This document shows positions 40,457 to 51,004 of a stretch of DNA of 64,000 bases, piece by piece. The position numbers and the translations under genes are program-made. The notes beneath the pieces are model-generated. The model saw nothing but the letters and a program-made list of their open reading frames with translations. It did no database searches and was not told where the DNA came from. Origin of the DNA: Candidatus Heimdallarchaeota archaeon. Its GTDB lineage: Archaea; Asgardarchaeota; Heimdallarchaeia; JABLTI01. Where the stretch lies: positions 72,837-136,836 of the forward strand of contig JABCTZ010000006.1 of NCBI GenBank assembly GCA_018238155.1. Direction: 5' to 3'. Positions within the stretch are counted from its first letter, which is position 1; each line of letters starts with the position of its first letter.

Positions 40457-40742
40457 TCATCCCTCTAATCATTAGATCGTGATTTTATATTAACTAATTA
40501 TACATTGTGTTTGTTTATTTAAATCATTTATCTCTAGAGATAACCTAAACTATTCTATTTCTTCGTCTAGACAAAAGGTTATGCTATCTCTCATGTTCAA
40601 AATCCAAAGATACGCGATTATTCCTCCTGTGTTTGGTTTACATAAAAATGTTCATTTTGCAATGGTTAGAAAGAACTTCGTCATAGATTGATAGAAATAC
40701 ATAGTAAAATCTTGGTTTGTTTGCTAAACCATTGCTTTTTCT

Positions 40743-41267
40743 CTAACGCAATATTTTTGCTTTACAAACTGGACAATTTTTCATAGTAGTAAACCAAATC
40801 ATTAGATTTATTTTATCAAAATATGATTTGCATTGAAGGCATTGTAAAACATCCCGATCTGTTAATATTGGTATTCTGCTAACTGTACAGATATATTTCT
40901 TCTTTTTTACTTTTGCAATATTCATTTTTTTGATTTTTTCTAAATCTTCTTCTGAGAATTTTTTAGTTAATTCTTCAACATCTATTTGCTTTCCATTACT
41001 TTTTGTTTGAATTAATTGTTCTTGATATTCTGCTTCGATCCTTTGATTTCTTTCCTCTCGTGTTTTTTTTGCCTCTTTCCGAATTTCAAATATGATCCCC
41101 AAAATTATTGGAATTAAACTATTTAATGCTGTAATTACTAAAATAAATAATTCCTTCAAATTTATAGCTAAAACTATTCCTATTATCCAATTAAGAATGA
41201 AACAGCTGAAAGCTAATACAATTTCTTTAGTTGGTTTTAGCATTCGTTTCCATTTTGCTCTTCTCAT
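40743..41267 (-). CDS. 2-TM protein with degenerate C-terminal RING-like domain
   Basis: CTVS...QCLQCKSYFD..NL..W......CPVC. Confidence 0.6.
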   Translation of the reverse strand: MRRAKWKRMLKPTKEIVLAFSCFILNWIIGIVLAINLKELFILVITALNSLIPIILGIIFEIRKEAKKTREERNQRIEAEYQEQLIQTKSNGKQIDVEELTKKFSEEDLEKIKKMNIAKVKKKKYICTVSRIPILTDRDVLQCLQCKSYFDKINLMIWFTTMKNCPVCKAKILR

Positions 41268-41413
41268 TCTTCATCCCTTTTACATTATTTGATAAAAAAA
41301 TTATCTCTCCATATTTCGTTAGGCTTTTTTATTTATAATAATATTTATATATCGGGGCTCCCCATACCATCCTCAGAGATGTTCTGGAGATTCTCTTAAA
41401 AGGTGAAATAATC

Positions 41414-41863
41414 ATGTATAAAGAGTCAAAAATGGAAAAATTAACAATAAATTTACCCCCTGTAGAGCTTGCAAGAATAGATATTCTGGTAGAAGCAGGA
41501 ATCTACCCAAATAGAACAGAGCTAATTCGAACTGCTGTCCGTAAGACTTTGGATGAAAATCAAGATTTTATCAAAGAACGCATCTCTCAATTCAGAGAGG
41601 AATTTGATCAAAAGAAGGAGGGAAATGATTCTGATAAATACTCTACGAAAATGTTTTACATGGGTGTAGTGAATTTGGGTGTTAAAACGTTTGAAAAGGC
41701 GATGAAAGACGGCAAAAAAATTCGTGTTGTAGCTTTTGGTTTACTATCAATCGATAACAAAGTAACTATAGAACAGATTGAACAAACCGTTGAAAGGATT
41801 AGAGTTTATGGTGTACTAGTCGCCTCGCCTAAAATAAAAAAAGCTCTAGCAGGAAAGCGGTAA
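41414..41863 (+). CDS. CopG/ribbon-helix-helix regulator
   Basis: EKLTINL...ARIDILVEAGIYPNRTELIRTAVR. Confidence 0.85.
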   Translation: MYKESKMEKLTINLPPVELARIDILVEAGIYPNRTELIRTAVRKTLDENQDFIKERISQFREEFDQKKEGNDSDKYSTKMFYMGVVNLGVKTFEKAMKDGKKIRVVAFGLLSIDNKVTIEQIEQTVERIRVYGVLVASPKIKKALAGKR

Positions 41864-41884
41864 ATATACGTTTGGTGATTGGTT

Positions 41885-42004
41885 ATGAAAACTAAGAAAA
41901 CAATCATTGTGCCAGATATTACTTATAATTTACCTTGTGTAAGAATTGAATTAAAATTTAGAGAAAAGAAACTACGAGTAATTATCTCACTCCTTGTATA
42001 CTAG
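41885..42004 (+). CDS. 39-aa small ORF
   Basis: ggtgat RBS; MKTKKTIIVPDITYNLPCVRIELKFREKKLRVIISLLVY. Confidence 0.35.
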   Translation: MKTKKTIIVPDITYNLPCVRIELKFREKKLRVIISLLVY

Positions 42005-42191
42005 TTATAATCTTTGTTTATTGGTTGAAGTGGAGATAGACTCAAAATTCTTTCTCACTTTATTTTATTTTTTCACTTATTTTGTCCCTATCAAAGCACT
42101 CTTATACTTGACCGACAAAATTAATGGTTGTATGGTAGATTAGTAAAATAATCGAGTGTAAAAACTAGTATTAAATATGTAATTAAATTGG

Positions 42192-42560
42192 ATGTTCATT
42201 AGAATGAAAATTATGATTGTTGAAGATGATCCACTTATCAGACAGTTATTTGTTGAAGCTCTATCAAAGAACGGATACGAAGTCATTGCAGTTGCTTCAA
42301 ATGGTGCTGATGCTATTATGATGTACAACAATCTCAACCAAAAACCGGATATTATTATTTTAGACTTCCGTTTACCTGAAAAAAATGGTTTTGAAGTTTC
42401 ACAAGAAATCTTAGCGACCAATTCTAGTGCTGAGATTCTTATGATCAGTGGTGACCCAACGTTTGATCGAAAAGCGATTATTAATCGTGGTATCAACTTC
42501 ATGCAAAAACCTGTTGAAATAAACGCAGTTATTAATGAAATATCATCAATTTGTGGATAA
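42192..42560 (+). CDS. Single-domain response regulator receiver
   Basis: IMIVEDD, IILDFRLP...G, MISG, QKP. Confidence 0.9.
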   Translation: MFIRMKIMIVEDDPLIRQLFVEALSKNGYEVIAVASNGADAIMMYNNLNQKPDIIILDFRLPEKNGFEVSQEILATNSSAEILMISGDPTFDRKAIINRGINFMQKPVEINAVINEISSICG

Positions 42561-42664
42561 TTAAAAAAACTCTGGGATGACCTTTTCTCCAAAAGAAACA
42601 AATAGTATAATTAGTTTACCAAACCAGCGTTAACAAATAATGAGTTATCTTTGGGGAAAATAAA

Positions 42665-44065
42665 ATGAATGTTCTAGTGCTAAGTTTTCTAGTTATTTCA
42701 TCTCTTTTACTTCTTGTTTTAGTTGTTATTTCACTTTCCTTTCTTGGGCTATATCTCTCAGAATTAGGTTTGTGGTTTTCTTGGTTACCTTTTGGGTTAG
42801 TTATTGCTTCTATTCCTTTTCTAATACAATTATCTGCTGAACCTCACCCAAGTGTTGATTTCTTTTTATTGTTGCTAAGTACGATTTTTAACATAGGTAC
42901 ATTTCTTAGATTGATTACTCCTTTTCTATTGATCTATCGAACAAATAAAGAATTCAAAGCAAAAATGAAACAATCACTAGGAACGGACTATTTATTATAT
43001 ATCGACCCTAGAATTAGATCCCGGTTTTTCAAGAACGTTCACTTTCGATTGAAGCACTATTTCTGTGGAATAAGAGAAAAAAGGCTTCTTCAGAATATTG
43101 AGATACAAGAAGATGTTATCTACAAGACAGTAGGAAACGAGGAAATAAGATTAGATGCCTACTATCCAAGAAAAGATGGCCTATTTCCAATCATTGTTTT
43201 TATTCATGGTGGGGGTTGGATGAGGGGTTCAAAAGATGAGGGTACGAATGAAAAGGTTGTTATGTTGCTAGCAACATATGGCTATTCAGTTTTTAATATT
43301 GATTATCGATTATCCCCTTCTGAACCTCTGACTCACAATATAAAACGTCCCCATGAACATCCGACTATTCTTGAAATGGTATCTGATGTAAAATCAGCAA
43401 TAACATTTGTTTTGAAAAATGGAACGCAATATAAAGGAGATACAGAGAATATTTTTCTATTTGGCAGATCTGCAGGTGCACATCTAGCTCTTCTAACAGC
43501 ATTTAGTTTTGATGAGAGCTTCTTTGATGAATGCAATGAGAATTTCTCATTAGATAATTCACCAATAACGGGTGTGATAGCTTTCTATCCAATAACCGAT
43601 ATGGAAGATTTAGATGAATTTTATGATGCTCTAAATCCTTTAAGATTAGCCCTTGTAAGGGGAACTGGTGGAATAGAAGAAGAGAAGCTTAATCTGTATG
43701 AGTTGTTTTCTCCAATAAAATATGTGACAAAAGATAATGCATCAAAGCTTCCTCCGATTTTTCTTGCAGCAGGAAAGTTTGATCGAATTGTCGATGTTTA
43801 TCAATCAGAAGAATTATCTGAAGAGCTTGATAAATTAGCTATCCCGAATGTTTATCTTGAACTTCCGTGGGCAAATCATGCATTTGATTTGTTGCTTTCA
43901 GGACCGGGAGGACAATTAGTGATTAAATATATGACCCAATTTTTAGTTTGGAGTCTCTCTAGAAAGAATCTACTTCAAATTGAAGCACTTGCAAACAAGT
44001 CTGGGTTAACAAATATCGTTTCTGTTGCTAAGATGAAATCACTTCAACAAACAAAGGAAAATTGA
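42665..44065 (+). CDS. Membrane-anchored alpha/beta hydrolase (HSL-like esterase/lipase)
   Basis: N-terminal TMs; HGGGW, GRSAG, D, HAFD. Confidence 0.88.
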   Translation: MNVLVLSFLVISSLLLLVLVVISLSFLGLYLSELGLWFSWLPFGLVIASIPFLIQLSAEPHPSVDFFLLLLSTIFNIGTFLRLITPFLLIYRTNKEFKAKMKQSLGTDYLLYIDPRIRSRFFKNVHFRLKHYFCGIREKRLLQNIEIQEDVIYKTVGNEEIRLDAYYPRKDGLFPIIVFIHGGGWMRGSKDEGTNEKVVMLLATYGYSVFNIDYRLSPSEPLTHNIKRPHEHPTILEMVSDVKSAITFVLKNGTQYKGDTENIFLFGRSAGAHLALLTAFSFDESFFDECNENFSLDNSPITGVIAFYPITDMEDLDEFYDALNPLRLALVRGTGGIEEEKLNLYELFSPIKYVTKDNASKLPPIFLAAGKFDRIVDVYQSEELSEELDKLAIPNVYLELPWANHAFDLLLSGPGGQLVIKYMTQFLVWSLSRKNLLQIEALANKSGLTNIVSVAKMKSLQQTKEN

Positions 44066-44204
44066 GTGATAGAGTGTAGATTTTTGAATACCTATTGATA
44101 GATAGCATTTTTTTTCAGATTTATGTAGTAATATATAGTTCATTGTACCATTGTTTAATTGTGTGATGTAGTTACCATTGGTTGGTTGGGTTGGTTAAAA
44201 AAAC

Positions 44205-45635
44205 TTGATAACACAAGCAATAATTCTTTTAGCAATTGCAGTAGCCCTCTTCTTAATAATGGTACCAGTTTCATACTCCATTTTTGGTATTTGGTTATCA
44301 GAATTGGGGTTCTGGGTTGCTTGGATTCCTCTTGGAATGATTGCTTATGAAACATATCAAATAATTGCAATAGAATCACAAATTGATTTACTACCTGTAC
44401 AAGGTATATTCTTCGTTTGTATCATTTTTAATTCGATTACGCTTGTAAGAATGATTATTCCACTCATTAGAGTAAAATCTACAAACAAACGTCTATCGCA
44501 AGCAATGAAACAATATCTTGGACCTGATTATCTCCATTATATTGCTTCTTCAAATTGTGTCGGGTTCTTCAGTTGTGTAAAATTCAAATTTACTTATTAT
44601 TTAACAAGCTTACAACGTAAGAATTTGAATAAACGGGTAATAACAATCAGAAATTTGACTTATCGTGTGATAGATGGAAAGGATTTGAAATTAAATATTC
44701 ATTATCCAACAGCAGAAGGAATAAATCCTATTATTGTATTCATTCATGGTGGAGGATGGATATTTGGTTCTAAAGATAAACCTGCTCATGATCGGGTTTG
44801 TAAATTACTGGCAAGTTTCGGATACACAGTATTTAATATCAATTATCGATTAATACCTCCTGAATATATTTTCTCCAAAAAACCTTTACTATTTGAAAAT
44901 CCAGTATTGAACGAACTAGTTTCAGATGTTGATAGTGCAATTTCATTTGCAATAAAAAATGCTCTTAAATATAATGGGAATCCAAATAGTTTATTCCTAT
45001 TTGGTCGCTCTGCAGGAGCACATTTAGCTTTGTTGAGCACTTTTCTACCTGATACATATTCAAAAATATCTGGTGTCATCGCTTTATATCCTATTACTGA
45101 CCTAGAAGGATTCTATGATTTTTACAAAAATAATCACAAAAGAAAAATCTCCTTGATAGGAAGCTCATTTGACGATACAGATGAACATCTGATGCTTTAC
45201 AAGCTCTTCTCACCACTTAGCTATATCAATGAAGATACAAGTGAGGATATTCCACCTGTTTTCCTAGCTACTGGTGATAAAGATCGACTTGTAAATCCTG
45301 AACAATCAAAGAAATTGTTCAAACGAATGCAAAAACTAGGAATACGTAGTGTGTTATTGGACCTTCCTTGGGCAAACCACGGTTTTGATCAAGTTCTACT
45401 TGGTCCAGGTGGACAATTGGTGTTCAAGTATCTCATTCAATTTTTGGCTTGGGTTATAGCTCAGCAAGAACTGGATGATATAGAATTCAAAGCGAAAGAA
45501 TTTGGTTTAGATTCTGTTCTCTCGAGAGAGAAAATTCGCTCTATACATAGTATTGATGATACTAGAAAAACTAGAAAAGAGAACATTGTGAATGTTGTCT
45601 CAACGAATGAAGAACGATATAAACGTGAAAAATAG
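44205..45635 (+). CDS. Membrane-anchored alpha/beta hydrolase (tandem paralog)
   Basis: HGGGW, GRSAG, D, HGFD. Confidence 0.88.
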   Translation: MITQAIILLAIAVALFLIMVPVSYSIFGIWLSELGFWVAWIPLGMIAYETYQIIAIESQIDLLPVQGIFFVCIIFNSITLVRMIIPLIRVKSTNKRLSQAMKQYLGPDYLHYIASSNCVGFFSCVKFKFTYYLTSLQRKNLNKRVITIRNLTYRVIDGKDLKLNIHYPTAEGINPIIVFIHGGGWIFGSKDKPAHDRVCKLLASFGYTVFNINYRLIPPEYIFSKKPLLFENPVLNELVSDVDSAISFAIKNALKYNGNPNSLFLFGRSAGAHLALLSTFLPDTYSKISGVIALYPITDLEGFYDFYKNNHKRKISLIGSSFDDTDEHLMLYKLFSPLSYINEDTSEDIPPVFLATGDKDRLVNPEQSKKLFKRMQKLGIRSVLLDLPWANHGFDQVLLGPGGQLVFKYLIQFLAWVIAQQELDDIEFKAKEFGLDSVLSREKIRSIHSIDDTRKTRKENIVNVVSTNEERYKREK

Positions 45636-45671
45636 TTTTTCAAAATAGAAAAGTAAACAACAGACAGGACG

Positions 45672-46250
45672 TTGGTTTGTATTATGGTTGATCGATGTTG
45701 GTGGGCAGGAACAGATAAAATGTATAATGATTATCATGATTTAGAATGGGGTGTTCCTGTTCATGATGATAGAATTCTTTTTGAGTTTTTAACACTAGAA
45801 GGAGCACAAGCCGGACTCAGTTGGAGAACAATACTCGAGAGAAGAGAGAATTATCGATTGGCATTTGATAATTATGATTACAAGAAAATTGCTCAATACG
45901 ATGAAAGTAAAGTTGAAGAACTTAGAAATAATGCCGGAATCATTAGAAATAAATTAAAAATTCGCTCAACTATTACAAATGCAATTGCTTTTCTTGAAGT
46001 GCAGAGAGAATTCGGTTCTTTTAATGATTACATTTGGTGTTTTGTTAAGAATAAGCCAATTCAAAATAATTTCAAAGAACCAAAGGATGTTCCCGCTAAG
46101 ACTGAACTATCTGAGACCATTAGTAAAGATTTGAAAAAAAGAGGTTTCAAATTTGTGGGTCCAACGATTGTTTATGCCTACATGCAAGCAGTTGGCATGG
46201 TAAATGATCATACTGTTGATTGTTTTCGATACAAAGAACTGTTAGAATGA
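45672..46250 (+). CDS. tag: DNA-3-methyladenine glycosylase I
   Basis: RCWW, YHDLEWG, LEGAQAGLSW, IIRNKLKI, FVGPT, NDH...C. Confidence 0.95.
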   Translation: MVCIMVDRCWWAGTDKMYNDYHDLEWGVPVHDDRILFEFLTLEGAQAGLSWRTILERRENYRLAFDNYDYKKIAQYDESKVEELRNNAGIIRNKLKIRSTITNAIAFLEVQREFGSFNDYIWCFVKNKPIQNNFKEPKDVPAKTELSETISKDLKKRGFKFVGPTIVYAYMQAVGMVNDHTVDCFRYKELLE

Positions 46251-46283
46251 TTAAATGATTAATCACTCCATCAACCAACCAAT

Positions 46284-46877
46284 TTATTTTCTTTTCCTTT
46301 GAATTGTTAGACTGAAAAAGACAAAAGCAAGAATTCCTGTAATAATTGTTATTGGCATTTCAAGACTGATTTCTTCAGTGGGTATCAGTCCACTATTGAT
46401 TTGATAATATTCTAAAGTTAGGTAGAGTGTATCTTGGATAGCACTAGTTAAGCTTTGATCATTGTCAACTTCAAAATAAAAATTCAAAGGGAGAGAATAT
46501 TCCTCTGTCTTTGAAACATTAATTTTGATACTGATATTACCACTACTTTCTTGGCATCGAAGAATACGTAAATATCCTAAGTTACCAAATTCTCTTTGGT
46601 TTTCATCAGATAATGTTTCTAAACTCCAAAAATTAATTACTGCAGCAGAGCATGTTGCTCCTATGGAGCCGGGCCAATTAAAGTAGGCAATAAATTCTCC
46701 ATTTCCTAATACTTCAAAAATTTCAATTGGAGTATCTTTTGCAGTGTCTTCTGATATTTTGAATGAAGTAGTATAGGTAGGAGTAGCTTCTAAACTAGTA
46801 ACTTGTAAGTTGAACATATTTATACTTAAGATCAGAATTATCAGTAAAATATTGGATACATGCTTTAATTTTGACAC
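46284..46877 (-). CDS. Secreted protein with C-terminal TM and basic tail
   Basis: Signal peptide; ends PTEE...FVFFSLTIQRKRK. Confidence 0.65.
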   Translation of the reverse strand: MSKLKHVSNILLIILILSINMFNLQVTSLEATPTYTTSFKISEDTAKDTPIEIFEVLGNGEFIAYFNWPGSIGATCSAAVINFWSLETLSDENQREFGNLGYLRILRCQESSGNISIKINVSKTEEYSLPLNFYFEVDNDQSLTSAIQDTLYLTLEYYQINSGLIPTEEISLEMPITIITGILAFVFFSLTIQRKRK

Positions 46878-46987
46878 TATCGATTCACCAAGTAATAAGC
46901 AGCACGGTACAGTTTTAGTCTATTTATTAAAAAAGTAATAAGAAGAGTAGAAAAAAAATTAGAAACGAAAGAATTCTCCACCTGTAG

Positions 46988-47626
46988 TTAAGTGAAGAGT
47001 GTTGGGATATCTGCTATAGTATATAATCTTGCTAAAGCAAGTAATAAAGCCATACAAACACAGAGAAAAGCATTGCCTAACAACCATCTTTCAGTCCATT
47101 TAACATTTAGAGTTCTACGTTGTTTTCCCTTCCGGTCTTTAAAAACGAAAGGAACATGCATGAGAAAAGTACCTTTTTTCTGACCAATTCGCAATTCTCC
47201 ATTTTTCAAATCCCGTATATTGATATTTGGGAAATAGTCTAAGAAGAGATGTGAACCATAAGCAATAATGAATGGGATAAAGCAGCTAATGAGAGGATCA
47301 TTTGCTGTGACTCTCCACCACATACTTAATCCAAAAACGATTCCTGGATAAAAGGATGAATGGGATACGATATCTCTATGAGACATGAAACTATAGAGAA
47401 CATCAAAATCTGGTCCTTCTGCTCCAAGGATTGCTAACAATAAAGCAATAACCCAATAGAGCCAAATGTCTGATAATCCCGCTCCAAATTTATCGTTAAT
47501 AAGGATGAAATCAATGGGGATATATGCTGCACCTAATATTATACCAATAGTTACATGAGCTGTTCTGTTTGCCAATAAATTCCCACCTGTGTTTCTTTTA
47601 TAAGAAATAAGTAATTTAGTATTCAA
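46988..47626 (-). CDS. Membrane metal-dependent hydrolase (YdjM-like)
   Basis: TAH, GPDFD, HRDIVSHS, SHLFLD; true start probably TTG 47575. Confidence 0.75.
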   Translation of the reverse strand: MNTKLLISYKRNTGGNLLANRTAHVTIGIILGAAYIPIDFILINDKFGAGLSDIWLYWVIALLLAILGAEGPDFDVLYSFMSHRDIVSHSSFYPGIVFGLSMWWRVTANDPLISCFIPFIIAYGSHLFLDYFPNINIRDLKNGELRIGQKKGTFLMHVPFVFKDRKGKQRRTLNVKWTERWLLGNAFLCVCMALLLALARLYTIADIPTLFT

Positions 47627-47720
47627 ATATGTAAAAATCTTTTGGGAACAAAAAGCACTTCAGACTTCAAAAAAAATTGATATAGGAGAATAATTCATCG
47701 AGCACACGAGGAAGTAATAC

Positions 47721-48698
47721 TTGACAATTCAAGATGATAAGAACAATACAGATGGTTTTAAGGATCTAACATTCAAATATGAAGGTCCAAAATGGGATGC
47801 TCATGTTCATCTTTACAAACTGGATGATGTTCGTGAATTTGTTAAATATTCTCAAGGATATAATGTTCAAAAGATGACTGCTATTGTAAGAGAAGATTGG
47901 AAAACTTATGAAAAAGAATTTCCAGAAAGATTCGTTTTTGCTCGTTTCATTATGTCCCAAGATCTTTTCAAAGGAGATATCAAAGCAGTTGTCAATGACT
48001 TACAAGAAATGCATGACTCTGGGTATCCTATTGCAAAATTCTGGTATGCACCTAGATGGCGAAAATATGTAGATGAGAAGTATCAAGCTAATATCGAAGG
48101 ATTTAGAATTGATAACCTTGATTTAGACCCTATCTTTTCCAAAATCGAAGATCTGGGATTAACGTTGTTATTTCATATCTCCGATCCAGACATTTTTTAT
48201 GATACTAAATATCAACCAACCAGTTACTATGGAACTAAAAATCAACATTTGGAAGAATTTGAAAATATTGTCTCGAGACATCCCAATATGAAAGTCATTG
48301 GTGCACACATGTCAGGACAACCAGAACACTTGAATGATTTAGGAAAATGGTTTGAAAAATATCCCAACTTTTACGTTGATACTTCATCTGCAAAATGGAT
48401 GGTCCGTGAATTTTCCTATGATCCTGACGGAACCACTGAATTCTTTGTCAAATATCAAGACAGAATTATGTTCGGTACGGACATTGTAACAGGAAGAGCT
48501 GATCGTGAACCAATTCCGGGATATTATTACAAACGCTATCTCTCTCTTTTAGCATTATTGGAAACAGATGTAAGAGATTTACCATTACCCGTCGAAGACC
48601 CTGAAAATAATAATAAAACGGTAATAAATGGGTTAGACCTACCAATGAACGTTCTGAGAAAAATCTACTGGGAAAATGCTAAACAACTCTTTGGTTAA
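47721..48698 (+). CDS. Amidohydrolase family protein
   Basis: DAHVH, LFH, GAH, DTS, MFGTD, IYWENAK. Confidence 0.88.
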   Translation: MTIQDDKNNTDGFKDLTFKYEGPKWDAHVHLYKLDDVREFVKYSQGYNVQKMTAIVREDWKTYEKEFPERFVFARFIMSQDLFKGDIKAVVNDLQEMHDSGYPIAKFWYAPRWRKYVDEKYQANIEGFRIDNLDLDPIFSKIEDLGLTLLFHISDPDIFYDTKYQPTSYYGTKNQHLEEFENIVSRHPNMKVIGAHMSGQPEHLNDLGKWFEKYPNFYVDTSSAKWMVREFSYDPDGTTEFFVKYQDRIMFGTDIVTGRADREPIPGYYYKRYLSLLALLETDVRDLPLPVEDPENNNKTVINGLDLPMNVLRKIYWENAKQLFG

Positions 48699-48937
48699 TT
48701 TTCCTTTTTTCAATAATGATATCAAATTTGTACAATCAATTATCCACAGACATTCAGTAGTTGAATGGGGTTTTATTTTTAGAATGTATCACTTAATTTT
48801 GATATTGGACAGTAGGGATTAGCAGAAGAGATTTTACTAAACAACAATCTGAATATTAATAGAAATCTCAAAAAAAAAATTTTGACTCATTTTCATTATT
48901 AGAAACTGGAAGAAGAATTGGAAAGTTCTATCTTTTT

Positions 48938-49192
48938 CTAAACTTTACTTCCAAAACGTGTTCTAAATCTTGAATAGCCTCTTGAGTGATAATTTCTAAT
49001 GACTCCTTTTGAAAGGATGGTATCACCACATCTCGGACATGAGTAAAAGTTTTGATAGTATTTGTGCTCTTTGAATTTCAAAGTAATGAGTTGTCCACAG
49101 TTTGGACAAAATCTCAGTGTTTTCATTTCTTCACGCGCTTCTCGTTGCCAATCGATTAATGTATCTTCATCAAACATTCTTATCGGAACCAA
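48938..49192 (-). CDS. Small zinc-ribbon protein
   Basis: FCPNCG...CPRCG. Confidence 0.6.
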   Translation of the reverse strand: MVPIRMFDEDTLIDWQREAREEMKTLRFCPNCGQLITLKFKEHKYYQNFYSCPRCGDTILSKGVIRNYHSRGYSRFRTRFGSKV

Positions 49193-49483
49193 TAATTTTT
49201 TCTCTCGATCATGGTCCCAAAGTTTCCCATTCTAGATTCAATTGGCAATTCAATTCAGATAATATAAAACACTAGAAAAACAAATCTTTGTCTCGTTTAA
49301 AAGAAAACAATGATAAAGTGTTTAATGAGAAAATTTTGCCCGGAAAAAGACAATTCAATGCAATAATTTCGAGATAATTCCCTCAACTTAACCGTTAAAT
49401 TCACAATATATATTGAATTTGTGCTTTTAAACCTAACAAATAATCGCGAAAAGAAGAAATAAAATGAAGAGAGGAAAGTTGGT

Positions 49484-49729
49484 CTATTTCTTTCCTTCTA
49501 AACCGTAGATGCAGAAATAGCCACCTTGAAGATTATCTCTCTTGTAGATCGGGCATCCGAAACAAGTGCATCCTTTGTCAACAATTTTATCTGCTATCTC
49601 AGATTTTCCCCGAGCGCAGAAAAGTGCATGTGGAGCAACTTCTTTTAGTTTATTTTCTTTGAATGTTGGGCACATACCACAAAAATCCTTACAGATCATC
49701 ATGTTTTCTTTATTGTCTTCAACGGGCAT
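49484..49729 (-). CDS. DUF2769 Cys-rich protein
   Basis: C..CPTF, LFCARGKS, GCTC..CP, YFC. Confidence 0.75.
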   Translation of the reverse strand: MPVEDNKENMMICKDFCGMCPTFKENKLKEVAPHALFCARGKSEIADKIVDKGCTCFGCPIYKRDNLQGGYFCIYGLEGKK

Positions 49730-49865
49730 TGTTACTCACTCATTATCTATACGCTTCTATAATATATTATAAGCATGTTCCTTAAAGAAATAAACCTTTT
49801 TTATTAGGTTAATTGAACATTTTATAATGCTCATTTTTGAGTATTTATTGGTGGTTGCTATTCTT

Positions 49866-50897
49866 TTAGTTGACTTTTCTCCTCTTAGCTTTAACAATAA
49901 ATATTAGCATAAGAATAGATGTACATAGAAGTAAAAATTGATGAGTAGTAGCTAAACTTAGAACTGAATTGATGCAAATACTTTCTTCCAATTCATATAT
50001 TCCGATGTTTCCCAATACATCTTCAGCGATGATTTTCAAACTATAATTACCAACAGGAACTTCATCTATGATGGTACTAAAAATAGGATTATTTTTGTAC
50101 AATTCAACTTTGGTATATTCATATTGAGATTGATTATCTAAAACCAGAGAAATTTTTGCAGTTACCTTTTTTGTTGCGAATTCGTCCCTCAATTCAACAA
50201 TAATTGTTATTGATTCTGTTTCACCTGTGGCTACTGAACCAATAGTATACTTGATGATTTCTGGGGGCTCTGTTTCATAAAACCCTAGCGCTTTGAGAAT
50301 ACCTTGTTGAGCTAATGTATACATAAAGGGGAAATCTGCTGTTACAAATGGACCATCAATAACAATTTCATCTGGAACAAAATTTCCACCTGCATTAACG
50401 ACATCAGCTGAAATTACTGCATTGCCACTAATGTTGTATCCGGAAATGATATCTGCAGCAACGAATACAATTGGTCCCGCACAAATAGCTACCATAATCA
50501 AACCGCTTTCAAAAACCTCTACAGTCAAATCAATGCTTTCAGGAATATCTAGTAGTTTCCCTGCAGAGCTTCCACCAGGAACAAAGAAGAAATCATACTC
50601 AGAGACATTATTCATATCATCGATTAAAAAATCCGTTTCAAGAACAACTCCATTGCTAGTAGTTACAGAATTTTCAGGAGCAACTATCGATATTTTACAT
50701 CCGAATTCTGTTAGAAACTCAATAGGATAAGTGTACTCCGAATGTTCAGCTCCATCTGTCATCAATACAAGTCCATGTACATTTTCTAATGGTTTGTTAC
50801 TCATTGAAGTTATTTCTGTGGAAACAATTGAGCTTTTAACCTGAATACAGAAAATAAATAAAATCAATGACAATAACATAGTGCTTTTTTTACTCAT
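49866..50897 (-). CDS. Surface-anchored DJ-1/PfpI family protein
   Basis: DGAEHSE, YD.FFVPGG, AICAGP; signal peptide, Ig-like stalk, C-terminal TM. Confidence 0.8.
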   Translation of the reverse strand: MSKKSTMLLSLILFIFCIQVKSSIVSTEITSMSNKPLENVHGLVLMTDGAEHSEYTYPIEFLTEFGCKISIVAPENSVTTSNGVVLETDFLIDDMNNVSEYDFFFVPGGSSAGKLLDIPESIDLTVEVFESGLIMVAICAGPIVFVAADIISGYNISGNAVISADVVNAGGNFVPDEIVIDGPFVTADFPFMYTLAQQGILKALGFYETEPPEIIKYTIGSVATGETESITIIVELRDEFATKKVTAKISLVLDNQSQYEYTKVELYKNNPIFSTIIDEVPVGNYSLKIIAEDVLGNIGIYELEESICINSVLSLATTHQFLLLCTSILMLIFIVKAKRRKVN

Positions 50898-51004
50898 ATA
50901 ATCCCGCAGATATAGCTTTTAATATCTGTTGAAAAATAAAAAGGAGGGCACTACTCTAGCAAAAAGTAGCTTGTAGAAAAGAAAAATTATTTATTACCAA
51001 TCAA

